Source of the DNA: Nemertoderma westbladi
Lineage: Eukaryota; Animalia; Xenacoelomorpha
Direction: 5' to 3'
Assembly: GCA_032718475.1 (NCBI GenBank)
Contig: JAUCBJ010001930.1
Span: forward strand, 64,062 to 128,061
Length of the DNA: 64,000 nucleotides
Part shown: positions 56,617 to 64,000 of the stretch, one piece after another
How the letters are laid out: each line of letters opens with the position of its first letter
How positions within the stretch are numbered: the first letter of the stretch is position 1
Position numbers and translations under genes: made by a program
Notes under the pieces: model-generated
Database searches by the model: none
The model's input: the letters and a program-made list of their open reading frames with translations, nothing else
What the model was told of the DNA's origin: nothing

Positions 56617-59600
56617 CAACATATGGAGTGGGTGTGTGACTCTATTATTTTATATTATTTTATTATTTTTATATTTATGTATGTATTACTATGTAATTTT
56701 ATTATAATCGTTTTCTTTAATTTTATTCAGTAGAATGTTATTTTAGCGATTATTTAGTAGATTAGTGCAATATATATTCGCGTTTATTACTTAATTACGT
56801 ATATATTATATTTAGTGCGACGGCGAAGAAATAATTATTTTTTCTCTTTCCTTACTGTCCGTATTATATTATAAATACGCAACTACAGTAAGATGAAATG
56901 TCTGTACTTATTAAAGTACAATAAAGCCACTACTATATTTAAGTATTATTGGTAGGCAGAGTATTAGGAATGCAAAGTTCAGATCCTCGTGTCTCGGCTA
57001 AACCAAGCTCTGGGTAGACCTTGGAAACGACTTGCCTCTTCACACTGACATTGCTTCGTGCGATATTGCTCTCATACCGTATATTAAATAATACATATAG
57101 TAGCGTGATGTCCCTTTAACAGTAGCGTATAACGCAAAATAAATCTGTTAAACCCTTTGACCATCTGTAATTCTAGTCGATTAAGATATCGCGGCACCCA
57201 CCGATATACTTGAAAGACAAATTCTAGAATCAGTGGTTAACGTCCCCAGACAAGTTCTGGAATAAATCGGTGCCCATCTCAAATATTAATTAATTAATAT
57301 TTGCAAAATCTAATAAATCAAAATCTGTAAAATTCAGATCCTTCAATAATTCTAGTCAATTAAGATATCGTAGTATTTACCGATATTCTTAAGAAGACAA
57401 TTGTCATAGAATTAAGGATCTTGTGTCCCCAGACATGTTCTGGAATCCAAATATGTCCATTTAATTATCAAATAATAAAATTTCAGGGAATCAATTTAAA
57501 TTCATGCCTTTTAATGAATTTAATAAATTGCCATTTTTACGCAATTTATAAAGTTCCCAAAATCCCATTAATTAATAGATCAAGGGAGCGGAGATTTATC
57601 TTATCATGCGTATGAGTGTGTGAAAGTCTCCCAAACATAGTCAATAGCCGATAAAATTCATAAAGTCATGTATAAAACAGAACATTGACTAGTAAAGAAT
57701 TACTATTAAATAACATCCCAGATCTGTATGCATTGGAATCACCCTAATTCTACCGCTAGCTTTGCATAATGTCACCATAGCAACAACCACGCTAGAATTA
57801 GAATTGTGTTAAAAGAACAATAGAAAGCTTGTCCCATTGAATAGCATAGGGAATAAATAGCGCACTACTAGTATCCCATGATACATAATAATACAGTGAC
57901 ATTCTGGAAGGCATTGACTAACGGACAAATGGCCCGAATGTGTGTAATTTGTGACAAGTTGTGTGTGGTATTTGTGAGTTTATAGGTGAATGTTACTGCT
58001 AAGGTGTGTTTACAGTAGCTAGTCGCAATCGTAAAAGTAACCTAACTCTCCAAGGAAAACCTGAAGTACATCTAAGCCTTTGGGACGGACAGTCGAGTGA
58101 CTTGTGCCGGTTGTCGTTGTCGTTGTGCGGCTACGTCGTTGGCGAAAGTACAGCGGCAACGACACATCGGCGCTGAGGATCTCGTACTGTCCGGGGGTTA
58201 ATTGGAGTAGGCAGAGACGCTCGCTAGCCTAAATATAAACTCCTTATAATGTGGATAAACTCATATATAGCAGACATGACGGAGTTGATAGAAGATGGTC
58301 TTGGTATCGGGGAGCGATATACTCTACTTTTACAAGCGTTTGTTGATAGCTTAATACGCGGCGACGTTAGTCCAACTGCTGCAGAGGACGATGGTCGTTA
58401 TATCGAACCGACAATGTCCCAAGTGCAGCTCTCGCGAGAGTTGGACTATAGAAAATTCGCTGCTCGATATACGCAGCGTAATGGTACGTATATGGGCTTC
58501 TTAACTACTGGTCATTCTATCAATTTACACAATACGGACTATGTCGACTATATATCCTGCCCAGCGGAGTCGGAACCATAAACGGAAATTCAAATGCGAA
58601 AATTCTATTCGAAATCGACTCGAAAGAAAAGACACTTAAGAAACAAATGGACGCGGTAACTCCAACGTATATTTGGAATTCTTGATAGAAGCATTGTAAC
58701 AACAAATAAATATCACCCGCGTTTACCCTACCAGACGTGCGTCTTTGGTATTATTACGATAAATGCCCTAGACCCAACTAATAAACGGAAAGACATAAAC
58801 ATCCACGTAAACCGAAACTTGTTGACGTATCACCTATGCTCACTCGGCTCGAACGATCCTGGAGTAAACCTACGATCAGAGTCCCGGAATACTCGGTCAA
58901 ACCTCCTCATTCCTTAGTTGGACCTCAGACCTGCGATCTTGGTGGTGTCGCGGATCCTCGCGGACGGTATTCACTGTTCAAAGATCTAGTGCTACCCTAA
59001 CAATTAATCGGTAACACTCCGACAGTGATTTCTAGCTAGCCGCCCATCTTACCTAGCCGGATTGTGACGCGGACACCTAATATCACTATCCAACCGTATG
59101 GTCGTCCACGTTTAACGCGATACAACCCCTCATCAAGGGGAAGGAGAGCGTTGTACGAAACGAGTTAAACGCTATTTTATAAAGATCAAAAAGGAAACCT
59201 GCGTTTGTTCAGATAAACGTAAGTTATAACAGTGAGTCCAATCGATACACGAATTGGCCTTATCTCAATTCGATTGGGAAATCCAGAATCTCTAAGAAGT
59301 TATCGAACTTGGACGATCCTATTCTCTGCGAGAGTTTTTGGATGAACGTATCCAGCTACGAGCGGAGGAAAATCAGCTCGAGGAGAAGCATATCGAAACG
59401 GCAGATACCTAGACCACAATCCTACACCTTCTGATGCAATCATATTGCACCCTTCACCCAGGAGTTATGGCCCTCCTAGTAAAGTGGCTCCCCCCAAAGA
59501 GAAAAAGACTCTTGCTAGCCTCAAAAAACTGCGTAAACGCCGTCTGCGTAAGAAAGACTAACTGTTTAGAGTATCTTTATGTTTTAGAAACTGTGATTTT

Positions 59601-59639
59601 TATATTTTATAGACTGAAAATCCCATTTTCTGGGAGCGG

Positions 59640-60877
59640 TGTAAAAGCTTTTACTGAATTGTCCGGTTATTTTTCCTTATTTTTCCCGTAAAGTACTCTG
59701 TAGTTGGTTTACCAGGCATAAAAAGGCCGTGTCCTTGCTGTACTGGTGTTTTAGCGGACATAAGAGCTATTTCTTCTGTATTTGTACTTTAGAGGACATA
59801 ATCCGTAATTCCGTGACGTAAAAGCTCGATACTCTTGAAAACAGTGTCGCTACCATGACGACAGCTAGCAGCTGATATTGCCACGTCGACGTTTCTTTGT
59901 TTCTCTGTTCTCTCGTTGTTCAGGTTGACCAATCAGAGCGTTTGTTGTCTTTGTGTTGGAGGTATATACAGAAACTCAGTAGTTCAGTGTTATGTTTTTT
60001 GACCAGAGCCTAAGAACCGGCTTTGGCACCTCCGTGTTTTAGTTTTTAGTCTTACACTAGTAGGTTTAATTATAAAGGGCATATATCCTTTAACCTACCT
60101 GACTCATGGAATCACTGCTGACTGATGATCATACATGCTGACTGATGATTATACATGCTGACTGCTGAAACATTGCAAACTCATAACAATCAGTGTTTTC
60201 ATTGTTGTTTTATACTGCTATTTACCGTCAGTTCTTCATAATATGGTTGATGAATTATTATATTTGGAATAACGATAAACAACCCCGAAACCCAATGTTC
60301 TTGATATACCGAAGGTAAGAGAGAAGGGTTACAGATAAACGATTGTGACTTATGTTAAAGTGGTTTGAAGTGAATCTAATGTTATTTGATAGACCCTACA
60401 TGAGCCAGTCTGTGTTCCTTTTATATGTGACTAAAATCAGTGAAGATCGGCAGATTAGTGTGCAGTATTGTGCAGCATTGTGTATGAGTGAGTCTGTTAA
60501 AGAAGCATTCCTAAAGAATGCGCCATATATGTGAATTATAATTAAGCCATATCGTTGTGAGTGGTTTAAGTCATAACTCTGTTTATATAGATAAAACGCC
60601 ACGTCCTAAAGGAACTGTTAATATTCCCGAAGGTGAATAATATTGTCAGAGATTATATAATACTGTCAGTCGAATAATACATTAGGCTTACATAGCAATA
60701 AAATTAAACCGTCGAACCCAATCTCCCGGGAATTTCCAGCGGGTGAATGGTCGCGCACGGATTGGTTTCGACTAGTGTAGTGAATCAAATACTTGTCATA
60801 GACTAAAAACTGATTTAATATCTAGAAGACATCTTAATTTGGTGGGTTAAACTGCCAAAGGTCTGAAAGCGCGAACA
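59640..60877 (+). repeat. 3' LTR of the BEL element
   Basis: Same length as the 5' LTR, no differences seen, preceded by a short purine-rich GGGAGCGG. Confidence 0.95.
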
Positions 60878-60899
60878 GCATGGCAAAATTACCATGTTC

Positions 60900-61347
60900 T
60901 CAAACGAAGAATGACGGACTTAGTAGCGCTGAACTGGATCGAAAGGAGATTCTCGTTAGTCTTACATAGGAATTTGACACTTACCCAACTTTGAAATCAT
61001 TTGATCGAAGACGTCGTTTTTTCGAAATTAATTACATTACTTACAACACTACTTTAAAGAGTGTAAGGAACACTGTAGTAATCCAAGAACTGGATGGACC
61101 AGGAAGGGATCTCGGGTATCGGGCCTTACATTTGAAATTACGAACTTTCAATGGAATCAAGGTGCTACGGTCTCTTGTATACCAAATAATGGGGGACATT
61201 GCCCCAGACATTTTGGAGGCTAGAAGATTAGAGAATAGGAAAAAACCTCATTTGACCCCGTTTCAGTCCGATGGCCCGATGTGGTTGCTATCTTGTGACG
61301 GTCACGACAAATTGTGTGGTTTTCAAAACTCTTGCAGAATGCTGTAA
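60900..61347 (+). pseudogene. IS3EU-like DDE transposase fragment
   Basis: ELDGPGRDLGYRALHLKLR...FQSDGPMWLLSCDGHDKLCGF; truncated just after the first catalytic D. Confidence 0.8.
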
Positions 61348-61624
61348 TGTCACAATGCTGCATTGTTGCTGGTGTATGGGTGAGGCCTAGGCTGTGACTT
61401 CTCTCTGTCAGTCTGGCTCTCCTAGTCCCATCATAGGGAAATGACCGCCATGGGCCACCTGCAAAAATCAGTATTAAGTTTCTCTTCGAAAATCGATGGC
61501 TGTACTGGGCTGCCTTGCATGGCCCATTGGAGCCACAGCCTGCAATTGATTGTAAGGGTAAAAGGTGGCCGCTGTAGTCCTTGGCTAATAGGGTGACTGT
61601 AATGGGCCGTGTGCAAAAATCGAA

Positions 61625-62900
61625 AATGAAATGAAAACGAAAGTTAAAGTTAAAGTAAAACTAAAATGAAATCGAAAGTGAATGTAAAACTAAAATTAAA
61701 ACGAAAGATAAAGTAAAACTAAAATTAAAACGAAAGTTAAAGTAAAACTAAAAATAAAACGAAAGTGAAAGTAAAACTAAATTTAGAACGAAAGTGAAAG
61801 TAAAACTAAAATTAAAACGAAAGTGAAAGTAAAACTAAAATTAAAACGAAAGTGAAAGTAAAACTAAAATTAAAACGAAAGTGAAAGTAAAACTAAATTT
61901 AGAACGAAAGTGAAAGTAAAACTAAAATTAAAACGAAAGTGAAAGTAAAACTAAAATTAAAACGAAAGTGAAAGTAAAACTAAATTTAGAACGAAAGTTA
62001 AAGTAAAACTAAAAATAAAACGAAAGTGAAAGTAAAACTAAATTTAGAACGAAAGTGAAAGTAAAACTAAAATTAAAACGAAAGTGAAAGTAAAACTAAA
62101 ATTAAAACGAAAGTGAAAGTAAAACTAAAATTAAAACGAAAGTGAAAGTAAAACTAAATTTAGAACGAAAGTGAAAGTAAAACTAAAATTAAAACGAAAG
62201 TGAAAGTAAAACTAAAATTAAAACGAAAGTGAAAGTAAAACTAAAATTAAAACGAAAGTGAAAGTAAAACTAAAATTAAAACGAAAGTGAAAGTAAAACT
62301 AAAATTAAAACGAAAGTGAAAGTAAAACTAAAATTAAAACGAAAGTGAAAGTAAAACTAAAATTAAAACGAAAGTGAAAGTAAAACTAAAATTAAAACGA
62401 AAGTGAAAGTAAAACTAAATTTAGAACGAAAGTGAAAGTAAAACTAAAATTAAAACGAAAGTGAAAGTAAAACTAAAATTAAAACGAAAGTGAAAGTAAA
62501 ACTAAAATTAAAACGAAAGTGAAAGTAAAACTAAAATTAAAACGAAAGTGAAAGTAAAACTAAAATTAAAACGAAAGTGAAAGTAAAACTAAATTTAGAA
62601 CGAAAGTTAAAGTAAAACTAAAAATAAAACGAAAGTGAAAGTAAAACTAAATTTAGAACGAAAGTGAAAGTAAAACTAAAATTAAAACGAAAGTGAAAGT
62701 AAAACTAAAATTAAAACGAAAGTGAAAGTGAAAGTAAAACTAAAATTAAAACGAAAGTGAAAGTAAAACTAAATTTAGAACGAAAGTGAAAGTAAAACTA
62801 AAATTAAAACGAAAGTGAAAGTAAAACTAAAATTAAAACGAAAGTGAAAGTAAAACTAAAATTAAAACGAAAGTGAAAGTAAAACTAATTGGAAACGAAA
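61625..62900. repeat. 29-bp tandem array in the right IS3EU TIR
   Basis: Reverse complement of the left array, roughly 43 copies. Confidence 0.92.
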
Positions 62901-64000
62901 GGGAAAGTAAATTTTATGTTTTTTTTTAATTGTACTTGATTTAAAAATTAACATTAAATTAAATGAAATTTAATTCACGCAAAAATTAATAAATAAAATG
63001 TAGTGGCTCTACTGGGCCACCATAGACCTACCTGAGGAAACTAGTGCATGCGCATTAGTTATCGTTTTTCTGAGAATTCGATTCCTCTCAGAATTCTGTA
63101 CTAAGTACGGACGTTTCAGACTTTAGCCCAAGAACATCTGATGGCTGGAGTTATAAGGACGTAAATCTAATAACAAACTTAACTTACCAGTTATATCATA
63201 TGACTGAACACATACTGACTGTTCACCGCACTGTTTTAATGCTGTTTTATATTGTGTTAATTGCTGTTTATATTAATGGATGTGGTATTTGGAGGAATAC
63301 CGATAAATAATCGTAAAACCCCTCAACTTTCTTGATTACTGAGGTAAGCGGAGAAAGGGTCTACCGGTAGCAACTGTGACTCAAATTATAGTGGTTTTTG
63401 TGTGAATTAAATGCTATTTCATAATCCCTACGTGTGTCAGTTGCAATCTTCCTTATATATGATAAAAATCAGTGACGATCGGCAAATTAGTGTGAATTAG
63501 TGTAAATTAGTGTGAAGTTGCTGAGTTGTGTTAAGTCGTGTGAAGGTTAATAAATCATCTCCTAAAGAATGCGTTATTTACAAGATTCCATAGCCAGTTG
63601 TGATTAGTGTAAGTCATAACTCTGTTTATACTTAAAGCGCCACGTCCAAAGGAACTGTTAATATTTCCTCGAAAGTAAATATAGTTGTCAGAGATTATAT
63701 AGTAGCGATCATCGAATAATACAAAGTAGCCTACACAGCAATAACTTCCTCTGGAACCCTTATCCAATCTCCCACACCGTGGGTCATACGCCGCGCACGG
63801 ACTGGCTTCGGCGGATGTAATTCAGTACACCAGGTAATTGGTACGGCTAAAGTCGATTCATAATTAAAAAGACATTTAAATTGGCAGGTTAAACTGCTAA
63901 AGGTCTAAAAGCGCGAACACTAAGCACAATAGAACAGGTTACAGTTTTATATTTGAGAATAATCAGCTGTTATTTGTGTCGAAGTTCCCCTGAGAGGGAT

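Larger units (their letters stand above)
48968..60877 (+). mobile_element. Non-autonomous BEL/Pao LTR retrotransposon (gag-pro intact; RT and integrase absent)
   Basis: Two 1238-bp TG...CA LTRs, a 5-bp TSD GCATG (48963-48967, 60878-60882) and a BEL-type gag-pro ORF. Confidence 0.92.
48066..63024 (+). mobile_element. IS3EU-like DNA transposon with very long repeat-containing TIRs
   Basis: TATGG...CCATA termini, 6-bp TSD GACCTA (48060-48065, 63025-63030), TIRs at ~48066-48872 and ~61373-63024, and a transposase remnant at ~60900-61340. Confidence 0.85.
47855..63919 (+). mobile_element. BEL/Pao solo LTR (~1.1 kb: 47855-48065 plus 63031-63919) split by nested insertions
   Basis: Starts TGTAAAAGCTTTT and ends GCGCGAACA like the inner BEL LTRs, with a 5-bp TSD CTAAG (47850-47854, 63920-63924). 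Its 3' part is visibly homologous to, but diverged from, the inner LTRs. Confidence 0.85.

Noticed and set aside
61625-62900. CRISPR-like 29-bp repeats
   Set aside because: Head-to-tail repeats with no unique spacers, no cas genes, and a eukaryotic TIR context.

Overview
AT-rich eukaryotic (invertebrate-animal-like) genomic DNA dominated by transposable elements. There is no prokaryotic operon or CRISPR signal. Host genes: a 19-finger C2H2 zinc-finger gene, ALDH4A1, MCRS1, a BC-box/LRR-like protein and a small RYYR-CCHC/FLYWCH-like exon; the first four are each (almost) one uninterrupted ORF. Mobile elements: a disrupted GalEa-type Copia element, an apparently intact PHD-APE-RT LINE (L2/Crack-like), and piggyBac, MULE, hAT/P-like, Sola and Tc1-like non-autonomous DNA elements. 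At the right end is a multi-level nest: a BEL solo LTR contains an IS3EU-like element, which contains a gag-pro-only BEL element with apparently identical LTRs. The most notable observation is a ~414-bp terminally redundant unit combining a tRNA-like Pol III head, a minimal type I hammerhead ribozyme and an enclosing long stem (retrozyme/Sm-alpha-like), located within the apparent Copia LTR. All calls come from reading the sequence by eye; no database searches were run.
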